Below are positions 49,201-61,733 of a stretch of 64,000 bases of DNA, in pieces. Each line of letters opens with the position of its first letter. Positions within the stretch are counted from its first letter, which is position 1. Source of the stretch: Ylistrum balloti (lineage: Eukaryota); contig NW_026782030.1 of assembly GCF_031769215.1 (NCBI RefSeq), positions 1 through 64,000 of the forward strand, in the 5' to 3' direction. The notes beneath the pieces are model-generated. The model worked only from the letters and a program-made list of their open reading frames with translations, was not told the origin of the DNA and did not search any database. Position numbers and translations under genes: made by a program.

Positions 49201-52200
49201 ATAGCTGAATTAATAGTGATAGCATACTGAACTTTACTGGCGAAAAGCCCAGCAGTACATCTTACCCGGTCATATTATACTAACATCAGGCGAATTAGTT
49301 GTTACACTGCTTCAACACTGACCGTTAATCAAAGAGTATTCACTTTCTATTCAGTCCGGTATGTTTCTGCTAGAAAACAGACCCCAAAGCGTGAACATCA
49401 GGACGTACAAACAAGATGGCAACTTTACTAGATATAAATGAGGACAAGACAGTATACAATTTCATTATTTTGTATCGTATAGCAAATCAATGTTCATGAT
49501 ACATTGCATAGATAAATATCAAAACAGTGCATTAGCTGTGACATTAAGAACTCCGTAAACATGCGATGTTATATCTGTCATTCACATGTATTTTTATTAC
49601 GTAAAAGCTCTTTAATAAGTTAACGTATTTAAGTATCGTGATATAAAATTCTTCGATGTTTTTTGTATGAAAATTGTTGAATTTTCTGTCTTCTTAATTG
49701 CTGAGCAAGTATCCAAAAATCCTACGGTGACCAGCTGGTTATTATTAGTATGTAGCTGTTCTACTCGGCACTCATCCTCGATACTCTAGTGGTTACGATC
49801 ACAAGAAATGAAAGTTTGTCAGACCTATTTCTAATCAAAGATGTATGGGATGGATCTTCCTCATATTTCATATCAACATTGTCACTTGTTGCATTCGTTA
49901 GATTTTGGTGCCGATCAGAAGAACAAAATGACTGCCAGCTGGTTATCTTGGATTTCAGTATTTGTCAACCTTAGTTCATTCAAAGTACAGGCTAGATATT
50001 TTTCAAATTTCACATGAGCGCTCCCCTTTCTGTTATAAGTGCCATGTTGATATAGGGAGTTCTAGGGGAAACAAAATGACATACAGGCGGCCATCTTCGA
50101 TTTAGGCAATGGATGTGTGTTCCTCTCTTTCGTGAGAAGCTTGAGATAAACCTGTTTTCAAATTTATATAAAGGCTCCCCTTGGACCATAGTTGTGTACA
50201 AGTTTTTAATTATCTGAAAAGTAAAATGACCAACAGGCGACTATCTTGGATTTCGACAGAAAAATTGTTATCTCTATTTTTTCGAGATCTGAAATGAAGA
50301 AAAATGAATAAAAACAAAATGGTTGATTGATTACCATCTTGGATTCGGCAACTAAACGCGGGAATTTTCAAAGTTCATAGCACGGAAAATAAAACAGAGG
50401 AGACGAGAGAAAAGAAAGATTAGACGATGGTGGGAGCCAAGATCCCTTTGGAATCAATTGTTGAAAATGATACATTAAAATAACATTACACCATGTTTTT
50501 ACACCTGTACACAGAATATTCTCTGTAATCAGGGACTAATAACCTCTATTTTGAGCTAATTCAAAAATTACTTTATATCCGCCGTTTCAGTTTTTGCAAG
50601 CAGGATATTTTCGCGTTAATTGATATTTGAAAGCGGGAGAATATTATGTGTCTAGGTGTGATTTTTTTGCTCTCTGTAGATGAGGTATTGATTACAGCAT
50701 AAAGGGAAAAACAGACATCATTAGGTTCTTTCCGTTAAAAAAACTCTCATAAAAGAAATGTACAAGGTCTTTTTGAATGTGTTACAATTTCTCGAGTCTT
50801 ATTCAATCACATTTCTAAACGGCATGTTTCTAACACACAATACCTATTCTAAATGGCAATAATGAATATACAGATCTGTAGAAAAACGATAATAAAAGGA
50901 GTGGTATGAAATAATAATACATGTGGAAAAAAACACACAAGTTCTAACAAAAAATCCAGAAGTAGATGTATTTCACCGACGGAACTTGTTCTAACAGTTA
51001 TGAAGTAGGTTTCCATGGTCACTTCCAATTCAAATGACAACAATATTTTTAACTTTTACTTTATTTCCTAGGTAACGCCAACACAGACACGGCATTGGCT
51101 AATGGTGTTTGTGGAACTCCGTCCGCTCCAACACCATATTCTACCACTCAGCGTTACGCACGCGTGGAAATGGTCTCTGATAATTCCATCCAGAAGGCGG
51201 GCTTTCAAATTGACGTCATAGCTACTAAAGACAATTGTGAGTAAATACATATAACCTTACTAATTGTGAGTCATACATATTTCCTTACTCATTGTGAGTC
51301 AATATGTATTACCTTACTCATTGTGAGTCAATACGTATTACCTTCCTCATTTTGAGTCAATACGTATTACCTTTCTCATTGTGAGTCAATACGTATTACC
51401 TTCCTCATTGTGAGTCAATACGTATTACCTTCCTCATTGTGAGTCAATACATATTACCTTACTCATTGTGAGTCAATACATATTAACTTACTCATAATGA
51501 GTCAAAACGTATTACCTTCCTCATTGTGAGTCAATACGTATTACCTTACTCATTGTGAGTCAATACGTATTACCTTACTCATTGTGAGTCAATACGTATT
51601 ACCTTCCTCATTGTGAGTCAATACATATTACCTCACTTATTGTGAGTCAATACAGATTACCTTACTCATTGTGAGTCAATAAATATTACCTTACTCATTG
51701 TGAGTCAATAAATATTGCTTTACTTATTGTGAGTCAATACATATTACCTTACCTATTGTGAGTCAATGGCATGTGTTACTTACATTTGTCTTCTCCTTTG
51801 CCTTTTAAACTATTTGTAAATATTTATTTTGTCTCCATATTCAAAGTACACCAGGTGACTGTTTTGATCCTCTCCTTTCTGACATCCCATTCCTCTTGGC
51901 CTTTTTTGGTGTCAGCTACGTGTTTTAGAATAAGGAATAGGCGCAGTAATCCCCGAATTTCTGGTCTTTGAATTGGTATTATCGTGTTATTACTCTTACA
52001 ATTATCGAGGTAAAGATATGGATAACAGTGGAGATAGATACTTTGGAAGATATATCTTAAGAGAGACATATACTAGGGGAGACATATTAGGGGAGATGGA
52101 TACTAGGGGAGACCGATACTTTGGGAGACATATACTAGGGGAGATGGATACTAGGGGAAGACATATATTAGGGGAGATGGATACTAGGGGAGACCGATAC

Positions 52201-55200
52201 TTTGGGAGGCATATACTAGGGGAGATGGATACTAGGGGGAGACATATATTAGGGGAGACATATTAGGGGAGATGGATACTAGGGGAGACATATTAGGGGA
52301 GATGGATACTAGGGGAGACCGATACTTTGGGAGACATATACTAGGGGAGATCGATACTTTGGGAGACATATATTAGGGGAGACATATTAGGGGAGATGGA
52401 TACTAGGGGAGACCGATACTTTGGGAGACATATACTAGGGGATATGGATACTTTGGGAGATATATATTAGGGGAGACATATTAGGGGAGATGGATACTAG
52501 GGGAGACCGATACTTTGGGAGACATATACTAGGGGAGATGGATACTTTGGGAGACATATATTTGGGGAGACATATTAGGGGAGATGGATACTAGGGGAGA
52601 CCGATACTTTGGGAGACATATACTAGGGGAGATGGATACTTTGGGAGACATATATTTGGGGAGACATATTAGGGGAGATGGATACTAGGGGAGACCGATA
52701 CTTTGGGAGACATATACTAGGGGAAATGGATACTTTGGGAGACATATATTAGGGGAGACATATTAGGGGAGAAGGATACAAGGGGAGACAGATACCAGGG
52801 GAGATGGATACTAGTTGAGATAAATACTACGGAGAGATAGATATTAGAGGAAAATAGATACTAGGAGGAGATGGATACTAGGGGAGATAGATACAAAGGG
52901 AGATGTATACAAGGTGAGATGGATAATTGGGGACATGCTAGGGGAGGTAAATACTAGGGGAGGTGGATACAAGAGGAGGCGGATACCAGAGGAGATGTAT
53001 ACCATTGGAGGCGGTTACTAGAGGAGATGAAAACTTTACTCTAACAAATGTTTATAACATTACCAACTATGGATACTGCCTACGATAACAAGAATATAAA
53101 AACATAGCTTTCAGTAACTTATTAGCTTTTAACTTTTTTTCAAACCTATGATAACAACATGTCTTAATGCAACATGTGCAGGCCCACATCAGATAACATG
53201 GATGTTAAGTATGTGTTTATGAAAACATGATGCTGTCTACATTTCTTAAAAACAATATTTTTTGTATACGTAAATTTGAAATTCAGGTATTCGTTGTGTA
53301 TACAATACGTCTGTACTGACACTTTAATACATGTTTTTTCTTAAATATAATTTATCATTACACCGAAGGAAGGATCGTTCAACCCTGCTTTACTGTCCTT
53401 ATCATACCACTGTTACTTGTTGAACATCCTGTCCTACCGCCCTGTGTCATGATATATACCCTATCTTTCTGACCTGTCTCATAATTTATATTCCATGTTA
53501 CCACACTGTCTAATGATATAATTTCACTGTCTTTCTGACCTGTCTCATAATTTATATTCCATGTTACCACACTGTCTAATGATATAATTTCACTGTCTTA
53601 CTGCCCTGTGTCATGATATATACCCTATCTTTTTGACCTGTCTCATAATTTATATTCCATGTTACCACACTGTCTAATGATATAATTTCACTGTCTTACT
53701 GCCCTGTGTCATGATATATACCCTATCTTTTTGACCTGTCTCATAATTTATATTCCATGTTACCACACTGTCTAATGATATAATTTCACTGTCTTACTGC
53801 CCTGTGTCATGATATATACCCTATCTTTCTGACCTGTCTTATAATTTATATCCCATATTACCACACTGTCTAATGATATAATTTCACTGTCTTACTGCCC
53901 TGTGTCATGATATATACCCTATCTTTCTGACCTGTCTCATAATTTATATTCCATGTTACCACACTGTCTAATGATATAATTTCACTGTCTTACTGCCCTG
54001 TGTCATGATATATTTTCCCTATCTTTTTGACCTGTCTCATAATTTATATTCCATGTTACCACACTGTCTAATGATATAATTTCACTGTCTTACTGCCCTG
54101 TGTCATGATATATACCCTATCTTTCTGACCTGTCTCATAATTTATATTCCATGTTACCACACTCTCTAATGATATAATTTCACTGTCTTACTGCCCTGTG
54201 TCATGATATATACCCTATCTTTCTGACCTGTCTCATAATTTATATTCCATGTTACCACACTGTCTAATGATATAATTTCACTGTCTTACTGCCCTGTGTC
54301 ATGATATATTTTCCCTATCTTTTTTACCTGTTTCATAATTTATATTCCATGTTACCACACTGTCTAATGATATAATTTCACTGTCTTACTGCCCTGTGTC
54401 ATGATATATACCCTATCTTTCTGACCTGTTTCATAATTTATATTCCATGGTGCCACACTGTCTAATGATATAATTTCACTGTCTTACTGCCCTGTGTCAT
54501 GATATATTTTCCCTATCTTTTTGACCTGTCTCATAATTTATATTCCCTGTTTCCAAACTGTTTCATAATAAATATTCCACATGTTACCGCCCTTACTGAT
54601 CAGGTCTTAAAACATCAATTTAAATAATTTAAAAACTGAAAGGCTTATGGCAAATGAATTTTCATTCAATACATTGATCGTTGAATCAAATTATTGAGCA
54701 AAATACCGACAAAATAAAAGATAAAGAAATGCAATTAATGCATTTAAAAATCGGAACAAAATTAGACACAGCAACAACAGGAAACATAGCGCAACCTGAT
54801 GGACGAGACACATTTCTGTATACGAACGTTACTAATGAGTTATGTACCAGACTCGAGGATAAATAGGGATGCCCCGAATAGTAGAAGACACTAGCTCCAT
54901 GTAAACAAAAACAGATAAACATATACTGACGAATACACTGCTAAAAAAAATCCCGGCCATACAATACAAATACAATTCATTAAGTCTTAATTTACATCAA
55001 ACATGTTCATTTTTCGGATTAAAGTTTCTTAGACGCGCATTCATGACAGGAAATTAATGAATTATTTTTTATTAAGAAAATTAAAGGAAAATTCAGCAAA
55101 TTAAAATCTTTAATTAGCCCTATAATTTTTTTTTTTTTTTTTTTTTGTTGATGAACAAATTAAGGGGATTTTCTCTAAGTTACGGGATATTCGGTATACA

Positions 55201-58200
55201 GAATTTTAATGATCCGATAAGGTATGATTTCTGTTTCATCATCCAAGCTTGCCATGTAAAATGTTTCCAGGGTTCTACAATAACGACAGTCTCCAAAATA
55301 ACGATGTCGGTGACTTTGATAAAATATTTTACAACAGATATCAATGTATTAGTTTTTATTTCACTTATAGTCAATCATTGCTTGTCGAAATTGGTGCTGA
55401 AATGTTAAAATCACATCCACATTTTTGTGAATGTTACTCAATAAAAATTCTAATCCCGATTAGATAACGCTTCATTTAAGATGTTTAATACACTTACCGA
55501 GCTCAATTTAAAACCGTGAATTACATCATGAATTTATTCAAGTGGAGCGTTAAATATGGGTCCTCGTTGTGATTTTAATATCAAAGAGTTAATTAAAGTG
55601 AAGCATCTTCAACGAGGCAGGTGGAAATCAAATTCGTTATCTCATATATCATCCATGTCAGTCGCTACGGTGTGCAAATGACAGGATGGGAGACGACAAA
55701 TGAACCTGGGTTAATATACGTTTATAAATAAGTTTTGATATATTTCTCAGTATACAGACATATCGGTTTTTTCATGTCATCAGCACTTTCGTGTACATTA
55801 GTAGTAACTGATTATCCATATATAACATTTTAAAAAATAAAATAGAAGTTTGGATGAGTCAAATACATGTTAACTAAAAGCTAAAATCAGAACAAATGTA
55901 TGATTCAGAGTTACGCACTTGATATACAGAGTACCTTAAAAGTCCAGGACAATTATGTTAAAAGCTACATATTATACAAAATTTTAATTGCCTCACCTCC
56001 TCACAAACAAAACAAACAAAAAAAATCAATTCTATTCTATAACAAGGACGTGTTTTCCTCAATACATATCAAGGGAGACGAGACCTTGCCTCATATGTAT
56101 CATAAATCATTTCTAATATAAAAATAACAAAATGGTGTTGTTATCTCGCGATTTTTTTTTCGTCGTCATATGATATTTCACAATCCAATAAAAACCTTAA
56201 ATGAAATGTTGTAAGTGACCTTTACATTTTCTTTAAGGTGACATCAATATTGTCAACTAATGAACAGGTACAGGAACCCCTCTAAACGTCCATTTTTCTA
56301 TCTATATATCGTACAGATACAGGAACCCCTTTAAAACGGCCGTTGCCCTATCTATATATCGTACAGATACAGGAACCCCTTTAAAACGGCCACTGCCCTA
56401 TCTATATATCGTATAGGGAACAGGAACCCCTTTAAAACGGCCACTGCCCTATCTATATATCGTACAGGAACTGGAACCCCTTTAAAACGGCCGTTGTCCT
56501 ATCTATATATCGTACAGATACAGGAACCCCTTTAAAACGGCCACTGCCCTATCTATATATCGTATAGGGAACAGGAACCCCTTTAAAACGGCCGTTGTCC
56601 TATCTATATATTGTACAGATACAGGAACCCCTTTAAAACGGCCACTACCCTATCTATATATCGTATAGGGAACAGGAACCCCTTTAAAACGGCCACTGCC
56701 CTATCTATATATCGTACAGGAACTGGAACCCCTTTAAAACGGCCGTTGTCCTATCTATATATCGTACAGATACAGGAACCCCTTTAAAACGGCCACTGCC
56801 CTATCTATATATCGTATAGAGAACAGGAACCCCTTTAAAACGGCCGTTGTCCTATCTATATATTGTACAGGAACCCCTTTAAAACGGCCATTGTCCTATC
56901 TATATATCGTATAGGGAACAGGAACCCCTTTAAAACGGTCATTGACCTATCTATATATTGTACAGGAACCCCTTTAAAACGGCCATTGCCCTATCTATAT
57001 ATCGTACAGGAACTGGAACTCCTTTAAAACGGCCATTGTCCTATCTATATATCGTATAGGGAACAGGAACCCCTTTAAAACGGTCATTGACCTATCTATA
57101 TATTGTACAGGAACCCCTTTAAAACGGCCACTGCCCTATCTATATATCGTATAGGGAACAGGAACCCCTTTAAAACGGCCGTTGTCCTATCTATATATTG
57201 TACAGGAACCCCTTTAAAACGGCCGTTGTCCTATCTATATATCGTATAGGGAACAGGAACCCCTTTAAAACGGTCATTGACCTATCTATATATTGTACAG
57301 GAACCCCTTTAAAACGGCCATTGCCCTATCTATATATCGTATAGGGAACAGGAACCCCTTTAAAACGGTCATTGCCCTATCTATATATCGTACAGGAACT
57401 GGAACCCCTTTAAAACGGCCATTTTCCTATCTATATATCGTATAGGGAACAGGAACCCCTTTAAAACGGTCATTGACCTATCTATATATTGTACAGGAAC
57501 CCCTTTAAAACGGCCACTGCCCTATCTATATATCGTATAGGGAACAGGAACCCCTTTAAAACGGCCGTTGTCCTATCTATATATCGTACAGGAACTGGAA
57601 CCCCTTTAAAACGGCCATTGTCCTATCTATATATCGTATAGGGAACAGGAACCCCTTTAAAACGGTCATTGACCTATCTATATATTGTACAGGAACCCCT
57701 TTAAAACGGCCATTGCCCTATCTATATATCGTATAGGGAACAGGGACCCCTTTAAAACGGCCATTGCCCTATCTATATATCGTACAGGAACTGGAACCCC
57801 TTTAAAACGGCTATTGTCCTATCTATATATCGTATAGGGAACAGGAACCCATTTAAAACGGCCATTGACCTATCTATATATTGTACAGGAACCCCTTTAA
57901 AACGGCCATTGTCCTATCTATATATCGTATAGGGAACAGGAACCCCTTTAAAACGGTCATTGACCTATCTATATATTGTACAGGAACCCCTTTAAAACGG
58001 CCATTGTCCTATCTATATATTATGCAGGAACTGGAACCCCTTTAAAACGACCATTGACCTATCTTTATATTGTACAGGAACCCCTTTAAAACGTCCATCG
58101 TCCTATCTATATATCGTTCATGAACTGGAACCCCGTTAAACGTCCATCGTCCTATCTATATATCGTACAGGAACTGGAACCCCTTTAAAACGGCCATTGT

Positions 58201-61200
58201 CCTATCTATATATCGTACAGGAACTGGAACCCCTTTAAAACGGCCATTGTCCTATCTATATATCGTACAGGAACTGGAACCCCTTTAAAACGACAATTGC
58301 CCTATCTATATACCTTACAGGAACACATTTGGTTGTCGCTTGCTCTTTCATTCTCGGGTGTAGCGAACATTGTGAAATACTTAGGATGATGAATATCATG
58401 GGAACATAATATGGTAGTTACCGACTGTAGTTAACTTCAGTGTAGCAACATAGTTAAGTTGTTGGTCAATTGAAATTAAAGACACTGCGTTTAGAAAGAG
58501 AAAAAAAATCATGAAAATGTTTTAGTATAGCGAATGTTCTGACGTAGTAGGATGATGATTTGTTGCCTTAGCAACAGGAAAATGCATATAGGCGGATGAT
58601 TTTTGCCCCTAAATTGTCAGCATTGTGAATGCTTGGAAAAATCACACCTCCAAAGCAAACTAGAATTAACACTTTACAAAGCCACTTTCCGAAGTATTCA
58701 GATGTGTGATCAGATAGTCCTCAGTACACTCACTCATAATTTGGTCTAGATTCTTTATCTATCGTAATTCCTCTAAAGCTTTTCTCAGCGTGTATGACGT
58801 ATGAGTTACAATGTTCGTGTTTGTCGTGCTAATATTATCAGATAGCTTGTACCGGGACAAAAGCCTTGACGCTCTGATCTCACTAGGACTTCATATATGT
58901 TACAGCAGGAACGGGATGTACAGCCACACAGTCCATCACAGCCACGAGCTCATATCAGATGCTGACCAGTCCTAATTTCCCTGACAAGTACCCTAGGTAA
59001 ATATTTCTGAATAGACAGCGATTGTTCTCAATACTGTGTATCTTAACATTATCAACACTCTCCAGGCTTGAGGGTCATCATGGTGAAGACAGTAGCGGGC
59101 TGAGTGACACTTATATTATCTGGCATTTGGGACATGCTATTTGGATCTTACTAGGGTCGCCCCTTGCTAGTAAACCAATTGAAAAATACAAATACTAAAT
59201 GATATATGGTTAAAGAATGTTTACCCTACTTTTTCCACTCGTAGCTCGTATCCGCCCTTTACATATTTGTCACTCAAACTAACAGTATTATATATCAAAA
59301 CGAACACCTATATATATCTGGACAAAATCGCAGATGTAAAAGCATGACATCCATCCAGTAAATGAGACAACGAAGCTCCAAACTTTGGACCAGTTTATAT
59401 ATTGCTTCATATGCAGATGATTACCAAACATATAATCGCAATGCAGCTATTTCGTTCTCTATAGAATTATTTATATTTAAATAAATTAAAATAGATGCGA
59501 AAAAGCAGTACACAAATGTAATGGAATATATGTTGTCTGTAATGTATTATCTAGTAAAATCCGATATGTGTGGTCGTGCCTATCAGTTCGAGAGACAAAC
59601 AATTATTACCATATACAGTAACAGCTACCAAGGTCTGAAATACATGTACTTACAAATGTGAGCATGCAATATGATCTGAAAATGCATAACAATACAGGGC
59701 GTGTCGGTAATGTATGTACATATGATAGCACTGCCTATTGTAGACGGATAAATGCTGTAACCGAGAGTTTTAATCATCTTTAACATATTGGCTTGCTCTG
59801 TCATACAGTCAATCGGCAGGAAATTGCCAGGGGAATATAAGACACCTGTGGACACAGTTTAACATTTAGCTTCACATATTAGATGTTATTTATGGAAATA
59901 AATAGGGGAAAGTGGTAGATGGAAAAAACTATTTGTCATTTTGTGAATGTCCCAAACAGCGTATCTTGTTACAGTGTGTTTGTGTCATTCCGGAATTTTG
60001 ATATCACAGTATTTGCTGATATGTATCGGGAAACACTTGCAGCAAAATTACCAAATGCACTTAAATGTAGTTACAAACCCAACGACAAAGATCTACATTG
60101 CCTATGTTGGACAATGAAATTGATTTTATCTTTTTTTTTCATCAATAAGAACCAAATTATTAATTTAATTACGCCATACAGCTGTTTCGTCCATTTCGGT
60201 TTCGTCGGTGAAACCTGAATATTCAAACCTTGGAGGCGTCTAAGTTAAACTGAAATCGAAAGAAAAAAAAAACGTTGAGAAATAGATGGAGAAATGCACT
60301 AGTCCCTAAATTATCACGATGAATAAGGCTATACAAAGCAGGCGAGTGTTAAGGGATACTAGCGGAGAAAGTGAGGATAGGGAAGTGATAGTAATCCGAA
60401 GAACACGAATAGATCAATGTTGGTTTGTTACGTTGCTGTTAAGCAGAATACGCGCGCATTACCCTTGTTCTGCATTGGGTATTCACATTAGTCGCCTCTT
60501 CTGATAATGCGCAGTAAGTTGATGAAAGATTAATATGTTGAAATATGCTGTACGTAAACTCTATACATAGTGTAGACAGACAGGAACCGGAATTGAATCC
60601 GTTATATATGTATATCATTTTTAAGTATAACATTTTAAAGAATTCCTCACAAATCGTCTGCTCTGTTTACAGTAACAGTGATTGTCGTTGGGCACTAATC
60701 AGTCCGGACGGGTACCTGGAAATAGACGTTATTGTTAGTGATGTGGAGGACGACGATCCATCATCCTGTGATTATGACAAATACTTAATATACGATGGTG
60801 GGTAACACAGCTGTATTTTAACTCTCCCTGAAATTAAATAACTAAATCATCTGTATGCAGTATATAAAATTAACGGTAGATAACATACAACTACCTTTAA
60901 AATCTCGTGCGACTAGTTCAACCATTTTATCATACGTGCTAAAACTTTACGTATATAGGTATTTCAAAATGTGTACAATGTTCACAATTCACTATGTATG
61001 CATGTATGTAATTCCGACCAGCTATCGGGATAAATACGTTAATGTCGTATTTCTTGCAGGCGCTAACAAATGCGATAATAACAATATAAGGATGATATGC
61101 TCTGAGTACCCCAAAGTTACATCGTACAGTCTTAACTCCACGGAATCAACAGCGACTGTAACACTCGAAAGTGATGGCTCCGTCAACAGACGTGGCTTTC

Positions 61201-61733
61201 TGTTACGCTTCCGATCTATTTCAATACCAACAACGACACCCATTACCACAACGACTGTCACTACCACCACCCCTACAACCACAACAGCTTTCATCGCCGC
61301 TGTCAGCTCCACAACTGCACGCAATGAAAAAGGCCAACGTAAGTTACAATATTGCAATGTTTATTAACCTACTTTTTCTTTTTTAATTTCTGACGATTAT
61401 TTTGCTTTTTCTTTCGTAAGTAATTTCTAAAATCAATCAAACATATCTATTTCAGTTTTGGAAATGAATATGGAGCTACTCGTTGGAATCGTATTTGGTT
61501 CCCTTCTGTTGATAGCATTCACGATTGTGACTGTTGTTGTTGTGGTGAAGAAAGTTTCCATTCCACACGAGAAAACAATAACACCGGTTCAGCCGTACAG
61601 ACCGAGACCACAACCTGAGATGCAGGCAAGGCCAAGACGATCAAATGGCAGCACAAAACGACCATCTCTACCTAACGGACATAAGACGCAGGCGACGGGC
61701 TTAGGGACAACACGCACCGTCACTGCCTGGTGA
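46151..61733 (+). CDS. Type I membrane protein, 407 aa: signal peptide, 2 CUB domains, Thr-rich stalk, TM, ~60-aa tail (8 coding exons)
   Basis: Exons 46151-46217, 47830-47938, 48446-48555, 51072-51236, 58906-58996, 60673-60797, 61060-61338, 61456-61733. All introns GT-AG, phases compatible (1,2,1,1,2,1,1), total 1224 nt, no internal stop. CUB motifs C..SPGY/SPNFP, C.W.I, C..D...YDG, CG/CS, SD.S....GF. Confidence 0.88.
47830..47938 (+). CDS. CUB gene exon 2 (CUB1 start)
   Basis: tttcag| VSSQTCSVTDPNVLPSTLDLTVFSSPGYNGGTGTYS |gtaagt. Confidence 0.88.
48446..48555 (+). CDS. CUB gene exon 3
   Basis: ttttag| ANMDCFWLIDAGAADLQLLMFMTYDTSCPGDKIYIYD |gtaagg. Confidence 0.9.
49690..50350. mobile_element. 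Decayed non-autonomous element with repeated ccatcttggatt motifs
   Basis: Variants of ggcggccatcttggatt near 49940, 50087, 50235 and 50333. Confidence 0.35.
51072..51236 (+). CDS. CUB gene exon 4 (CUB1 end)
   Basis: cctag| GNANTDTALANGVCGTPSAPTPYSTTQRYARVEMVSDNSIQKAGFQIDVIATKDN |gtgagt. Confidence 0.9.
51232..51767. repeat. 29-bp minisatellite, 19 units, starting at the exon 4 donor
   Basis: Unit attgtgagtcaatacgtattaccttactc; cores at 51237, 51266, 51294, 51323 ... 51758. Confidence 0.97.
52030..53030. repeat. G-rich 14/16-bp minisatellite with a 94-bp higher-order repeat
   Basis: Monomers gatggatactagggga, gaccgatactttggga, gacatatactagggga, gacatattagggga. HOR starts at 52381, 52475, 52569, 52663, 52757. 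Confidence 0.95.
53429..54548. repeat. 98/100-bp tandem repeat, ~11 copies
   Basis: gccctgtgtc recurs at 53439, 53603, 53701, 53799, 53897, 53995, 54095, 54193, 54291, 54391, 54489. Confidence 0.97.
56266..58322. repeat. 44/50/51-bp minisatellite, ~42 copies
   Basis: Core ggaacccctttaaaacggccattgtcctatctatatat with variable linkers. Confidence 0.97.
58906..58996 (+). CDS. CUB gene exon 5 (CUB2 start)
   Basis: ttacag| SGTGCTATQSITATSSYQMLTSPNFPDKYP |gtaaat. Confidence 0.9.
60673..60797 (+). CDS. CUB gene exon 6
   Basis: ttacag| SNSDCRWALISPDGYLEIDVIVSDVEDDDPSSCDYDKYLIYD |gtgggt. Confidence 0.9.
61060..61338 (+). CDS. CUB gene exon 7 (CUB2 end plus Thr-rich stalk)
   Basis: ttgcag| GANKCD...MICSEYP...ESDGSVNRRGFLLRF...TTTPITTTTVTTTTPTTTT... 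|gtaagt. Confidence 0.9.
61456..61733 (+). CDS. CUB gene exon 8 (TM plus cytoplasmic tail)
   Basis: tttcag| LLEMNMELLVGIVFGSLLLIAFTIVTVVVVVKK...TVTAW*. Confidence 0.9.

Noticed and set aside
52080-52770. Interstitial telomere (TTAGGG)
   Set aside because: TTAGGG occurs only singly inside 14-16 bp monomers, never in tandem.
51232-58322. CRISPR-like arrays
   Set aside because: Head-to-tail tandem repeats without unique spacers, no cas genes, eukaryotic intron context.
60798-60807. Alternative donor gtaaca 4 nt downstream of gtgggt
   Set aside because: It would frameshift exon 7; only the upstream donor matches the phase and the conserved CUB YD|G split.
61022-61357. 111-aa Val-rich minus-strand ORF
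   Set aside because: Antisense shadow of the Thr-rich stalk exon.
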